64,000 nucleotides of DNA, taken from a virus (Duplodnaviria; Caudoviricetes). The stretch lies in the IMG/VR virus record IMGVR_UViG_3300046733_000629; one strand, 5' to 3'. Positions 43,278 to 53,533 of this stretch are shown piece by piece (within the stretch, counting starts at the first letter, position 1; every line of letters begins with the position of its first letter). The notes under the pieces are model-generated. The model saw only the letters and a program-made list of their open reading frames with translations. It ran no database searches and was not told the origin of the DNA. Made by a program: the position numbers and the translations under genes.

Positions 43278-45045
43278 CAATTACTTCAATCTCAGTATTA
43301 AAAGTAGTGAAGCCATTTTCTTTTGTAACTTGTAGAACGCTGTTAACACGACCCACTAATTCATCTCGATGAGATATAAGTAAAATATTTTTTCCACGAT
43401 CACGTTCCATTTTCTTTAATACACTTAATGCACTTTCAACACCAATTGTATCCATACCGCTATCAACAAGTTCGTCAATGCATACTAAGTTAATAGGATG
43501 ATTCATGCTTTCAAATACATCACGGAAACTCCAACTAAGACCTAGTATTAATCTGTTACGTTCACCTCTTGACAAATTATCAAAGTCTAAGTCTTGTCCA
43601 AGTTGTGTAATAGTTACAGTTAAGTCACTTTGGAATTGTACTTCATGTGGTAAACCTAAACGTGTAATATAATATTCTAAACGTGTGTTTAAGAATTGTA
43701 AATTTTGTTCAATAATCTTTTTACGAATAAAACTATCTTTGTTTGTAAGTAGTTTCAATAAAAAGTCTTGATGTTCTTTTAATTCAGTAAGTCTATTAAC
43801 TTCTGTCCAACTTACTTCTTGTAACCCAGTATTTTTTAATGCTTCAATTTGTTCTGTATATGGGTCTAATTCCTTTTCAGTATTCTCAAGTAATATTTTA
43901 TTTTCTTTAATTTTATTTTGATGTTCGTATGCTTCGTTCAAACTATTATATTCAATACGTGGTGCAATGCCAATATCGCCAATTTCTTCAACAGCAAGTT
44001 TGTATTCTTCCATTGCTGATGTATCATCGTCAATATGTTTTTGAGAATCATTAACTAGTTCTGTTTTTTGTTCTACTATTTTATCATGTTGCTCATCATG
44101 TATTTCTTGTCCACATGCATAGCATTTATGTTCTAAAGTAGAATCTAAATCTGTTTGTGCCTTGTTTAAACGTTTTTGTTCACGTTCAATACTACTAGTA
44201 AGTCTTGCTATTTCAGCAGTTAATGTATCTCTTTGATTTTTCTTTTCATTGAATTGTGCAAACTCAGCATGTGATTTAATTTCAGCGTCAATATCAATAT
44301 GTTCTAATGCATTAACTTCACTAGCATATTCATTTATTTTTTCAATCTGTTTACTAGCCCAATGAGTTTGTCTACGTTCTAAATCTTTAATACTACTACC
44401 AATACGTTCATTGGCATCTTCAATGCCTTTTATTCGAAATGTTTCTTCAGTAATTCTATCTTTAGTATTCTTAGTTAAGTCTTTTAATATATTTGCTTTT
44501 TGACTAAGTTTTGTAATACCTAACAGTTGTTCAATCATCTCACGTTGATCATTTGCTCGCATACTTAAGAATGGTTCTGTGTATGTGTTTAATGCACAAA
44601 TATGCTTAAACATTGTATGACTCATACCAAGTACATCTTCAATAACTGCTTGGCTTTGTCTACCTTCGCCTTGCATTTCGTCGGTGATGCCTTCGTTGTT
44701 ATCAACATCGTTTACTAAGAACTTAAATATGTTAGGCTTACGTCCACGTTCAATTCTGTAACTTACACCGTCTTTTTCAAAGTCGCAAGTTACCATCATA
44801 TTCTTATTATTAGTTTTATTAACTAGATTATCTTTTTTAATATTGTAAAGTGCATTGCCATACAATGCATAACTTAATGCATTAATAATAGTAGTCTTAC
44901 CAGTACCATTACGAGAACCATCTCCTCCTAAGTCAATGTTATTACCTAATACAAGTGTTAAGCCGTGTACGTCAAAGTGTACAGCCTGTGTGACATTACC
45001 CACACTCATAAAATTCTTTACGGTGATATTTTTAATTGTTAGCAT
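43270..45045 (-). CDS. gp46: Recombination endonuclease ATPase subunit (gp46, SbcC/Rad50-like)
   Basis: Walker A NGTGKTT, Zn-hook CYAC, LSRGE signature, CIDE Walker B. Confidence 0.95.
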   Translation of the reverse strand: MLTIKNITVKNFMSVGNVTQAVHFDVHGLTLVLGNNIDLGGDGSRNGTGKTTIINALSYALYGNALYNIKKDNLVNKTNNKNMMVTCDFEKDGVSYRIERGRKPNIFKFLVNDVDNNEGITDEMQGEGRQSQAVIEDVLGMSHTMFKHICALNTYTEPFLSMRANDQREMIEQLLGITKLSQKANILKDLTKNTKDRITEETFRIKGIEDANERIGSSIKDLERRQTHWASKQIEKINEYASEVNALEHIDIDAEIKSHAEFAQFNEKKNQRDTLTAEIARLTSSIEREQKRLNKAQTDLDSTLEHKCYACGQEIHDEQHDKIVEQKTELVNDSQKHIDDDTSAMEEYKLAVEEIGDIGIAPRIEYNSLNEAYEHQNKIKENKILLENTEKELDPYTEQIEALKNTGLQEVSWTEVNRLTELKEHQDFLLKLLTNKDSFIRKKIIEQNLQFLNTRLEYYITRLGLPHEVQFQSDLTVTITQLGQDLDFDNLSRGERNRLILGLSWSFRDVFESMNHPINLVCIDELVDSGMDTIGVESALSVLKKMERDRGKNILLISHRDELVGRVNSVLQVTKENGFTTFNTEIEVIDA

Positions 45046-45047
45046 GT

Positions 45048-46070
45048 TTACGATGTTAATCCTGTATAAATGTCTACTAATAGTTCTTTTTTGATAGTAT
45101 CGCTTTGTACTGAATCTAGTTGTGATAATACAATACTGTCTACATTTTCAACTTGTATATCAACTCCTTTATTCCAGTCTTGTGTATGCTCTTCTTTCTT
45201 ACTTGGCATAAGAGCAATCTCACGTAAGTCATATTGTTTAGCAAATGTTTCTTTAATAAAGTTTGCTTCTTCATATGTTATACCTACGTCAAGTGTTACA
45301 CGACAATAAGTTTTGTCTGACAAAAACTTGTCTGGGTCGTCAATAAGTTTACTTAATGTAAGTGTACGATATTTAGGTGCATCAGGCCATTTTAGATATT
45401 CGATAGTACCATCCCAATCTAAAATAGTACAACCACGTTCATCATCCCATGCATCAGCATAGTTATGTGGAAAACAATTACCTGGATAAATTACATTACC
45501 GTGTTGTTGTCTTTTATGAAAGTGTCCACTAAACACCATTTCGGGTCCTGATAAATCTTCTGCTTTTAGTCCACCATGATCTGGCATCTGTACCATTGCA
45601 TTCATATAGAAACTAGGTAGTTCAAAATGACCAAACATATATTTACATTTAATATCTCTCAACGACTTCCATTCGTCATCACATAGCCATGGAATAAATG
45701 CAACACCGTCTTCAACAAAACGCTGATCATTTATCATTCTAATCTTAGGAAAATCTTCAATCATAGACAAACTATGAATCTCACGTTTTTCTCTATAATA
45801 GAGATCGTGATTTCCTGTAATCATAATAACTTCATCGAAGTTATCATTTAGTCTACGTAAATTACTTGTTGTATAGTTTAATGTACTAACATTAATACTT
45901 GCACGATTATGATGCCAGTCACCTAAGAAGAAACATTTTTTAATACCTCTATTATGTGCCTCTGATATCATCCAATCAATAAAGTCTTCACAATCTTGAT
46001 TGTGATGCCGACTATTATTCTTCATGCCAAAGTGAATGTCAGTAAAAATTATTGCTTTGTCAAAAAACAT
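45048..46070 (-). CDS. gp47: Recombination nuclease subunit (gp47, SbcD/Mre11-like)
   Basis: FTDIHFG, GDWHH, GNHD, GHFE, GHFH. Confidence 0.95.
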   Translation of the reverse strand: MFFDKAIIFTDIHFGMKNNSRHHNQDCEDFIDWMISEAHNRGIKKCFFLGDWHHNRASINVSTLNYTTSNLRRLNDNFDEVIMITGNHDLYYREKREIHSLSMIEDFPKIRMINDQRFVEDGVAFIPWLCDDEWKSLRDIKCKYMFGHFELPSFYMNAMVQMPDHGGLKAEDLSGPEMVFSGHFHKRQQHGNVIYPGNCFPHNYADAWDDERGCTILDWDGTIEYLKWPDAPKYRTLTLSKLIDDPDKFLSDKTYCRVTLDVGITYEEANFIKETFAKQYDLREIALMPSKKEEHTQDWNKGVDIQVENVDSIVLSQLDSVQSDTIKKELLVDIYTGLTS

Positions 46071-46988
46071 TTATTCTCCAGTTTCTTCTGCTTCAGGTTC
46101 GCTATCTGTAATATATACTGTTTTCTTTAATGTTGGATTCTTTTCTTTGAGAGCTTGTTCACGTTCTTCGTGTGCTTTCCACTCTGCATTAAATGTTCTA
46201 GTATTACTTGGATTCAAACCTTCTTCTTCTAATAAGTCATCTCTAATGTTCTGACTACGTTTTTCTAAATTAAGAACTCTTGTAAAACTATTGTTAATAG
46301 CGGCAGTATAATATGCAAATGGATTTTGTGATTTAAATTCATTAAACTGTAATCCAATTTGTGCCAACTGTAGTAATGCTTGTCCACGCATTTCGTCTAC
46401 ATAAGTGTATCCACGCCAGTTACCACGCATACTGTATCTCTCACATAGTTTGATATACATACGAGCTAGTCTATCGTTTGTTTTTCCATGGTCTACACTA
46501 AAATGACCGTTATCTCTTCCACCTTCCCAATGACTACGAGCTACTTCTTCTAGATCGCCTTCAATGTACGCATAATGCTTAAATGGTGGGAAGTTACATT
46601 TAGCATGTAAATCTGCTTCTGTTTTTGGTTTGTTTTTTCTGTTTTCTTGTGGGACATGATCAAATGTCATTACTCTAACCACAATATCATCGTCTTGAAT
46701 AGTGTCTATATCTACTGCGAAATCTGCTGCCCTGGGTTTAGTTTTTTTACCTGTTAAACCTTTTTCCCATCTTTTAACTTCAGCTTCGTGTGCTAGTTTC
46801 TGTAATCTTTTTGCTCTATTCTGTTTAGCTTCTGCAGTCACTTCCTTAGTTATTGCATCTAAGCCTTCAACAATAATATCATAATGAGTATACTGATCAT
46901 CACGTGCCCAGCAATAAGACATCTTACTACTGTGTATCTCTCTTAACAAATCTTTGTTTGTTAAGTAAAATTGTTTTGGTGTTTTCAT
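46071..46988 (-). CDS. gp55: Late-transcription sigma factor (gp55-like)
   Basis: YLTNKDLL, NWRGYTYVDEM, KSQNPFAYYT. Confidence 0.9.
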   Translation of the reverse strand: MKTPKQFYLTNKDLLREIHSSKMSYCWARDDQYTHYDIIVEGLDAITKEVTAEAKQNRAKRLQKLAHEAEVKRWEKGLTGKKTKPRAADFAVDIDTIQDDDIVVRVMTFDHVPQENRKNKPKTEADLHAKCNFPPFKHYAYIEGDLEEVARSHWEGGRDNGHFSVDHGKTNDRLARMYIKLCERYSMRGNWRGYTYVDEMRGQALLQLAQIGLQFNEFKSQNPFAYYTAAINNSFTRVLNLEKRSQNIRDDLLEEEGLNPSNTRTFNAEWKAHEEREQALKEKNPTLKKTVYITDSEPEAEETGE

Positions 46989-47011
46989 TAAAATATTCCT
47001 TTGTTAGCGTT

Positions 47012-47063
47012 ATTATACGTAAGTACTAGTTGATTGTCAACCGGTTTTTTAAAATGATAAATA
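47012..47063. promoter_or_regulatory. gp55 sigma70 promoter (-) back-to-back with baseplate late promoter (+)
   Basis: TTGACA-17bp-TATAAT at 47012-47040; ATAAATA at 47057-47063. Confidence 0.85.
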
Positions 47064-47085
47064 CTAACGAACGGAGAGTAGTATC

Positions 47086-47694
47086 ATGCTAATTGAACAC
47101 ATATTAACAGAGGGTGTAAACAATATTGCCGTATTTTATGGCGGTCGTTTTCAACCTATGCACCAAGGACACAAAGATGTTTATAAACATTTGTGTAATA
47201 AGTTTGGTGCCGATAACGTATTTATTGCTACAACTTTTAGCCAAAAAGCAAAAAAAGCACACGCTGGCGGCGACTTTAGTAGTGATCCATTTACGTTTGA
47301 TGAAAAAGCAAGCATCATGAGAAAGATGTTTGACATACCAGGAGATAAGATTGTTAACACAAATCCTTATAGACCAGACCTAGCCGCAGTAAACAGAGAC
47401 CCTGGAGATACTGCTACAATACTAGTATATGGTGCAAAGGATGCAGATAGGTTAGCAACAGGAACAGGATTCTTACATAAAATGCCAGAAGACATGGATG
47501 AACTAATTCCAACTGCCCAAGATAGAGGTTACGTTTACGTAGCTCCATTAATGCAAGGCGGAATGAGTGCAAGTGACTTTAGAGCAACTATGGCTAGTGC
47601 TGCACCTGATGAAGAAAAGCAAAAGAGCTTTACTAATTTCTTTGGTAAATTTGATCCAAATGTATTTGGATTCATTAAGGAGCGTCTAACGTAA
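47086..47694 (+). CDS. Cytidylyltransferase-like (HIGH) nucleotidyltransferase
   Basis: GGRFQPMHQGH, VYGAKDADR, MSASDFR. Confidence 0.75.
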   Translation: MLIEHILTEGVNNIAVFYGGRFQPMHQGHKDVYKHLCNKFGADNVFIATTFSQKAKKAHAGGDFSSDPFTFDEKASIMRKMFDIPGDKIVNTNPYRPDLAAVNRDPGDTATILVYGAKDADRLATGTGFLHKMPEDMDELIPTAQDRGYVYVAPLMQGGMSASDFRATMASAAPDEEKQKSFTNFFGKFDPNVFGFIKERLT

Positions 47695-48317
47695 TGGCTG
47701 GTATAGCAGACAAGAATAAAGCATCGCTTGTACTTAAAAAACAAGGTAAACCATTTTTTACACTTGGAATCTTAAATCCATTAAAGGATGCAGGAGGTGT
47801 TGAGTTTCCGTTCACACCTACTATTCAGATATCACACCAAACATCTTATGGACAATACGATGTTCCAGGTTCTAATTATCAACAGCAATACTACATGAAT
47901 ACTCCAAACCCAAGTATATCAGTAACAGCAATGTTTGCCGCTAATTCAGATGAAGAAGCAAGATATACAGCAGCCGCATTACACTTTTTTAAAACATGTA
48001 CTAAATCAGATTTTGGTGCTACAAGACAAGCAACCGCAGGTACACCACCTCCTATATTAAAATTTAATTGCTATGGGTCTGTTCACGCTAATAATGTTCC
48101 ATGTGTAATACGAAGCTTTAACTATACGTTACCAGAAGATACTGATTATGTAGATGTATCCACAGGCAACGAGACAATGAGTATACCAGCATTATTGCTA
48201 GTCAGTTTAGAACTAGCACCTCAACTTACTCCAAAGAATGTAAAAGATGAATTTAACATAGCTACCTTTGCTAGTGGACTTGCATTAAAAGGTGGAAACA
48301 ACGGAGGGTTTATTTAA
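47694..48317 (+). CDS. Baseplate / tail-tube initiator (gp48/gp54-like)
   Basis: FPFTPTI...GTPPPILKFNCYG..N.PCVI.SF..P.D.DYV. Confidence 0.65.
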   Translation: MAGIADKNKASLVLKKQGKPFFTLGILNPLKDAGGVEFPFTPTIQISHQTSYGQYDVPGSNYQQQYYMNTPNPSISVTAMFAANSDEEARYTAAALHFFKTCTKSDFGATRQATAGTPPPILKFNCYGSVHANNVPCVIRSFNYTLPEDTDYVDVSTGNETMSIPALLLVSLELAPQLTPKNVKDEFNIATFASGLALKGGNNGGFI

Positions 48318-48601
48318 TGGAAAAATATAGAACAGATAGTTTATATAGAAACACAGAAGTAGTTGGTTCTAAATTTTTAGATGTATTATCAATTGATAAT
48401 ATTGACGTTAAGAATACAATTACAAAAACTATAACGCTAGAACCAAAACACAATGAGCGTCCAGACTTATTAGCATATGAGTTATATGGAAACTCAAAAC
48501 TATGGTGGGCATTTGCGTTGTTTAATCAAGACAAACTTCAAGACCCTATTATAGATTTTAAATCAGGGCTACATATTATAGTTCCTGTAAGGTTCGCATA
48601 A
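48317..48601 (+). CDS. gp53: Baseplate wedge protein (gp53-like)
   Basis: RPDLLAYELYGNSKLWW.FA.FN..L.DPI. Confidence 0.85.
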   Translation: MEKYRTDSLYRNTEVVGSKFLDVLSIDNIDVKNTITKTITLEPKHNERPDLLAYELYGNSKLWWAFALFNQDKLQDPIIDFKSGLHIIVPVRFA

Positions 48602-48602
48602 C

Positions 48603-50975
48603 ATGGCAGACAAGTCACTAACAGCAATAAATTCTAGAAACTATAACCCAGGAAACTTGCGACCAAGTAGTAAGTATACATGGAATGGTGAAGTAGGACA
48701 GAATGGCGGCTTTGTTGTTTTTGACAGCCCAGAAATGGGAACACGTGCTCTTGCAAAGAATTTATATACAAGTCAAGAAACACATGGTAATAATTCAGTA
48801 CGTGATATTATTACCCGTTGGGCACCACCAAGTGAAAATAATACAGAAGCATATGTTCAAAAAGTTGCAAAAGAAATGGGAGTTAATCCTGATGCCAACT
48901 TAGGTAGCTTACGAGACAATCCAGCTACTACTAAAGCACTTGTTAAATCTATTACTAAACACGAAGGCGGCGGATTAGGAATTTACAACGATAAACATTT
49001 TGAAGACGGTATTGCACTAGCTAACGGTAAGTCAGCTGCTGAGATAGATTTTCAAAGAAAGCCAGAAAACTTTGAGCCACCAGCAGATGCAAATGATGGC
49101 TTTGCTGAAAACGAAGACGGAGATCTTGTACCACAAACAACTGTACCAACTAAACCAGAAATAGCTAAAAAACAAATTGAAAATATTGTAACTTCAAATT
49201 GGATGAGTACAGTTGATTCGCCACAATACATATGGACATTATTTCTTGTTGACAATGAGACATTTAACGATCCAAATAGTTTACATGGAAGTGAATCAGC
49301 AGTGTCTGCAGGTAAAGCAGTTATTGTTGCAAGGCAAGGAGTAACTACACAGTTCTCTTTAGATAACTTTGCAATGATAGCAACTGTAACACCAGGACAA
49401 GCACACGGTAATAGTACACCAGGAATCATTCAGTTTGATATAATAGAAACTTTGGGATTTACTTTTTTAGATAGAATAATAAAAGCCGGTATTGGGTTGG
49501 GAAAGCCTGGAAATTTACACGAACAAAACTTTGTTCTAAAATTAGACTTTGTTGGTAGAGATCCACTTACGGCTGCTAGTGTCAAGTATCCTGGAACTTT
49601 TATATATCCAGTAAAACTAAATCAAATAAGAAGTACAACAGGTCCTGAAGGAACAAGATACAATGTTATTGCATGGTCGTTAATTAAACATGCACAAACA
49701 GAAACTGTTACTGATGTAGATGTAACAGTTAAAAATGTAACAACTGTAAAAGAATTTATTGATGGGTTTGTAACAAAATATAATAGTCAGCAGATGGAAA
49801 TGTTATCTCCTGTAGATCAGAAAAATGGTAAAACTCCTGATAAACAAATTGAAATAAATTTTGATGAAAGTAGTAATGTTCGAGGCATCAAAGGATTAAT
49901 GAATTTTAATTTAGCAGTTAAACCTTGGGGAGCTACTGCGAATGCTGACAAGGCAGGTGGACAAGCTAAGAACTTAGATAATGCAGATGCAAATGATATT
50001 ACAATAGAAGCTGAAACATCCATACCAGTAGCTATTGGAAACAAGGTGCAACTGAATACTCCGGCATTTGCTGAGTATGTTAAGGAAGCACAGAAGATTG
50101 GAATGACACCAAGTATTGTTGTTGATTCAAAACCAGTTTATCCAGATAACTTTGCTGGAACAGGAACAGGCGCAGATGCATATGTTGGACCAATTAAAAT
50201 TATATACACAATTAAAATACATCAGCATTGGGCAGCACAAAATGGAGATAAAGCAACACACAGAAAAAACTTTGCTGATACTAAATTCCAAACAGAAAAA
50301 TTTAAAATGTTACCAATTGAAAAGAATTATACATTTCTTTATACAGGATTAAATACTGAAGTATTAAATTATCAAATTGATATAGAAAGTTTATATACAG
50401 TGGTATCAGTTCCACAAGCTGGAATATATCATGCAGACAAGTCAGAACAGTTTACTCCTACTACGCCTACTAAAATTACTAAGTACTTAGAGGATGTTCA
50501 ATATGATAAGATGCCATCAAATTATAACGATTACACAAAATTTATTAACAAGCCTTATTCAATTGGTGAACAACAAAAAAATGAAACAGATGCCACAGAC
50601 ACGTTAAACGCTAGTCTCGCAGCCAATATGGCAAAAAGAGAATATGATTCATATAACTTTTCAATGGAAATAAAAGGCGATCCGTATTGGATGGCAGGAT
50701 CGTTGCAATCTATTGTAGAAGGAGCAGACAGTCCAGATTACAGTAAACGAGATGCATTAGTATCATTTTTACAATACAATCCTAACGCAGAAGACTTATT
50801 AGAGTTTCAAAGGAGAGGTCCAGTTGATCTAGTATCAAGTGGAATATATAAATTAACAAAAATTGAAAGTAGATTCCAAGGTGGAAAGTTTACACAGACA
50901 CTGTCTGGATTTAAAGATCCAACAACAAATACACTTTTAATATTACCACAACTAATAGAAATATCAGGAGCATAA
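48603..50975 (+). CDS. Baseplate hub protein (gp27/gp44-like) with N-terminal lysozyme-like domain
   Basis: Position between gp53 and gp5; N-terminal NPGNLR...RWAPPSENNTEAY; C-terminal IKGDPYW...GIYKLTKIESRFQGGKFTQ.L. Confidence 0.65.
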   Translation: MADKSLTAINSRNYNPGNLRPSSKYTWNGEVGQNGGFVVFDSPEMGTRALAKNLYTSQETHGNNSVRDIITRWAPPSENNTEAYVQKVAKEMGVNPDANLGSLRDNPATTKALVKSITKHEGGGLGIYNDKHFEDGIALANGKSAAEIDFQRKPENFEPPADANDGFAENEDGDLVPQTTVPTKPEIAKKQIENIVTSNWMSTVDSPQYIWTLFLVDNETFNDPNSLHGSESAVSAGKAVIVARQGVTTQFSLDNFAMIATVTPGQAHGNSTPGIIQFDIIETLGFTFLDRIIKAGIGLGKPGNLHEQNFVLKLDFVGRDPLTAASVKYPGTFIYPVKLNQIRSTTGPEGTRYNVIAWSLIKHAQTETVTDVDVTVKNVTTVKEFIDGFVTKYNSQQMEMLSPVDQKNGKTPDKQIEINFDESSNVRGIKGLMNFNLAVKPWGATANADKAGGQAKNLDNADANDITIEAETSIPVAIGNKVQLNTPAFAEYVKEAQKIGMTPSIVVDSKPVYPDNFAGTGTGADAYVGPIKIIYTIKIHQHWAAQNGDKATHRKNFADTKFQTEKFKMLPIEKNYTFLYTGLNTEVLNYQIDIESLYTVVSVPQAGIYHADKSEQFTPTTPTKITKYLEDVQYDKMPSNYNDYTKFINKPYSIGEQQKNETDATDTLNASLAANMAKREYDSYNFSMEIKGDPYWMAGSLQSIVEGADSPDYSKRDALVSFLQYNPNAEDLLEFQRRGPVDLVSSGIYKLTKIESRFQGGKFTQTLSGFKDPTTNTLLILPQLIEISGA

Positions 50976-50976
50976 A

Positions 50977-52182
50977 ATGGCAGGCTATTTAAAACATGAC
51001 GGAGTACACGTATCAAATAGAGTTAAACAAAGCAACGAAAAAGGAACTAATACTCTTAGTGGAATTTATATTGCTCAAGTAATAAACAACGAAGACAGTT
51101 TATATACGGGTAGAATTTCAGTAAAGATTGCAGACTTTGGCTCAAAGGATAACACACGTATTTGTTTATTAGCAACACCATTTGGTGGACATACAGAAAT
51201 TAAAGAAAGCGGTGATGATGAAACTAAAGAAGCACAAGCACCTATAAGTTATGGAATGTGGCCACAGCCACCTGAAGTTGGAACTAATGTAGTTGTTGCA
51301 TATACTGGTAGCCAGGAACAAGGAATTGTTTTGGGTAGCCTCATAGCTAAAGATAGAAACGCTATGATGGGTGGCAATGCTAGTGGACAGGTTTATGCAG
51401 ACGGACAAAAAAGTTTAGGACCAGCAGTTGAAAAGAATCCATATGATCAGAATGATAGTGATACAAAACCATTAGACGAATTTAACCAAGCAGTATTAAA
51501 TGAACAAGGATTAAGTTTAGACTATGTAAGAGGACACAGTCAAAGTAGTGCTAGACGTGAAAGTCCAAGTAAAGTATTTGGTATAACAACTCGAGGTGGA
51601 CATACGTTTACATTAGACGATGGTGACGACGGTGGCAACAGTCAAAATATTAGATTAAGAACAAAAGGTGGAGCTCAGATATTAATGGACGACACTAATG
51701 GATTTGTTTTCATAACAACACAAACAGGTGATGCATGGGTTGAACTTGATCGTTCAGGACATGTAGATGTATATAGTAAAGCAGGTATAAGTTTTCACAC
51801 AGAAGGTGATTACAATGTACATGCTAAAGGAAGTATTAATATGCAGTCAGAACAAGGTGTTAACATTAAAAGTTCTGGAGCAGATGGAATTAAAGTAGAA
51901 ACAAGTGTAGGTAACATTGATGTATACAGTGCATTAGATATTAACATACAATCAGATGCCAATTACGGTTTACTTGTTGCAGGTAATCAAATTATAAAAG
52001 GTACTAGAATAGATATGAATGGACCAGAACCAACACCAGCTACAAAAACTACAATACAAAATCAAGGAGCTAACACAAGTGTCAAAGTATCTACAGCAAG
52101 CAGAGTTCCAGAGAAGCATCCTTGGAAAGGTGTTGAAGCTACTCAAGAATCATTCAAAGCAGGAAAAGGAAATACTGCATAA
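50977..52182 (+). CDS. gp5: Baseplate central spike (gp5/VgrG-like) without a lysozyme domain
   Basis: OB-fold V.NN.D..GRI.V.I, PPEVGT.V.V; beta repeats TTRGGH...DDG. Confidence 0.8.
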   Translation: MAGYLKHDGVHVSNRVKQSNEKGTNTLSGIYIAQVINNEDSLYTGRISVKIADFGSKDNTRICLLATPFGGHTEIKESGDDETKEAQAPISYGMWPQPPEVGTNVVVAYTGSQEQGIVLGSLIAKDRNAMMGGNASGQVYADGQKSLGPAVEKNPYDQNDSDTKPLDEFNQAVLNEQGLSLDYVRGHSQSSARRESPSKVFGITTRGGHTFTLDDGDDGGNSQNIRLRTKGGAQILMDDTNGFVFITTQTGDAWVELDRSGHVDVYSKAGISFHTEGDYNVHAKGSINMQSEQGVNIKSSGADGIKVETSVGNIDVYSALDINIQSDANYGLLVAGNQIIKGTRIDMNGPEPTPATKTTIQNQGANTSVKVSTASRVPEKHPWKGVEATQESFKAGKGNTA

Positions 52183-52907
52183 TGGTTGATTTTATTTTAC
52201 CTAATAATATTAGTAGTCGTAACTTAATTGATTACACACTATTTCAAACATTGGATGCTAGTGCAGTTAATGATCAAAAACCAATGTCTGAATTAGAAGC
52301 TAGTTCTAAATTAATTAATTTAAAAATTAGAACAACTGGTTGGACAGGATACAATAAAGTTATTGACAAACAAACAGTAATCGGTTATGCTAATAGAGAT
52401 GACACTCTTCTACAAGGTAATGGTATCACCGAAGAAGATGCTTTCAATATATGGATAGAAGATTTCAAAGACAGAGAAAGAAGATTTAAAAATACATTCT
52501 TATTAGAAACATTATCACAAACACAATATGATGCAATGTTAAGTATGTATTTACAAACTAACACATTTAATGAAGTAGGTTCAGATATTAGAATGTTTGA
52601 TCTAAGAGAATTTATTGACAATAGACAATGGAATCATATTGCTACTGCTATGACTATATGTGGGAAGAACAGATTACAAAGACAAGCTGATGCAAAAATA
52701 TTAATGCTTGGCGATTACGGAACTAACAAAGATAGATCATTAATTAAAGAACAAGGCTTACAAGTATTGTATAAAGAACATAGTGCAGGTGTACTTAATC
52801 AGTTGCAAACCGAACAAGCAGAATATGTTTACTATGCAGAAACAAATAGATTCTTACCAAACATGAATGAAAGCCGTAAAAGAATTTTAGCAAAACAGCT
52901 AAGTTAA
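52182..52907 (+). CDS. GH24/T4-lysozyme-like protein, apparently degenerate active site
   Basis: VIGYA, GITEEDA, LSQTQYDAMLS, LQRQADAKIL. Confidence 0.6.
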   Translation: MVDFILPNNISSRNLIDYTLFQTLDASAVNDQKPMSELEASSKLINLKIRTTGWTGYNKVIDKQTVIGYANRDDTLLQGNGITEEDAFNIWIEDFKDRERRFKNTFLLETLSQTQYDAMLSMYLQTNTFNEVGSDIRMFDLREFIDNRQWNHIATAMTICGKNRLQRQADAKILMLGDYGTNKDRSLIKEQGLQVLYKEHSAGVLNQLQTEQAEYVYYAETNRFLPNMNESRKRILAKQLS

Positions 52908-52954
52908 TCCCCCACTGAAATAATTTAAATACTACTATAACAAGGAATAATAAC

Positions 52955-53500
52955 TTGAATCACGCCGTACTCTTACTTAACGCAGATGGAAACCCGTTAT
53001 CGATATTTCCATTGAGCACAATTAGCTGGCAGAATGCAGTTAAAGCGTTATGGGGTGACAAAGTACATGTTATTAAAAATTATGATAATCAATTCCTCCG
53101 GTCACCTACAGTAACTATTCCATTTCCAAGTATTGTTATGCTTAATACATATCATAGACAACCCACTAGAGCTAAGTTTACTAGACGTAATGTTTACATC
53201 AGAGATAATTATACGTGTCAATATTGCGGAGATAACTTTGCTTACAATGAACTTACACTAGATCATGTTATACCAAAGTCAGCAGGAGGCAGGCTAACTT
53301 GGGTTAATACAGTAAGTGCATGTGGTCCTTGCAATGTAAAGAAGAGCAATAACTCATATCCACTTCCAAAAAAGAAGCCAATTATTCCTACATGGCATCA
53401 AATTAACTATTCAAACAAGCGTCATACCCTGTCAATTCCCGATATTGCATGGCAAGATTATGTACAATGGCCAGAAGATAAGCTAATTTTACAATCATAA
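52955..53500 (+). CDS. HNH endonuclease (TTG start)
   Basis: RDNYTCQYCG, LTLDHVIPKS.GG, VSACGPCNVKK; late motif TAAATA 52926-52931. Confidence 0.9.
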   Translation: MNHAVLLLNADGNPLSIFPLSTISWQNAVKALWGDKVHVIKNYDNQFLRSPTVTIPFPSIVMLNTYHRQPTRAKFTRRNVYIRDNYTCQYCGDNFAYNELTLDHVIPKSAGGRLTWVNTVSACGPCNVKKSNNSYPLPKKKPIIPTWHQINYSNKRHTLSIPDIAWQDYVQWPEDKLILQS

Positions 53501-53533
53501 TCTACCTACTTAATTATTTGCATAAATAGTTGT

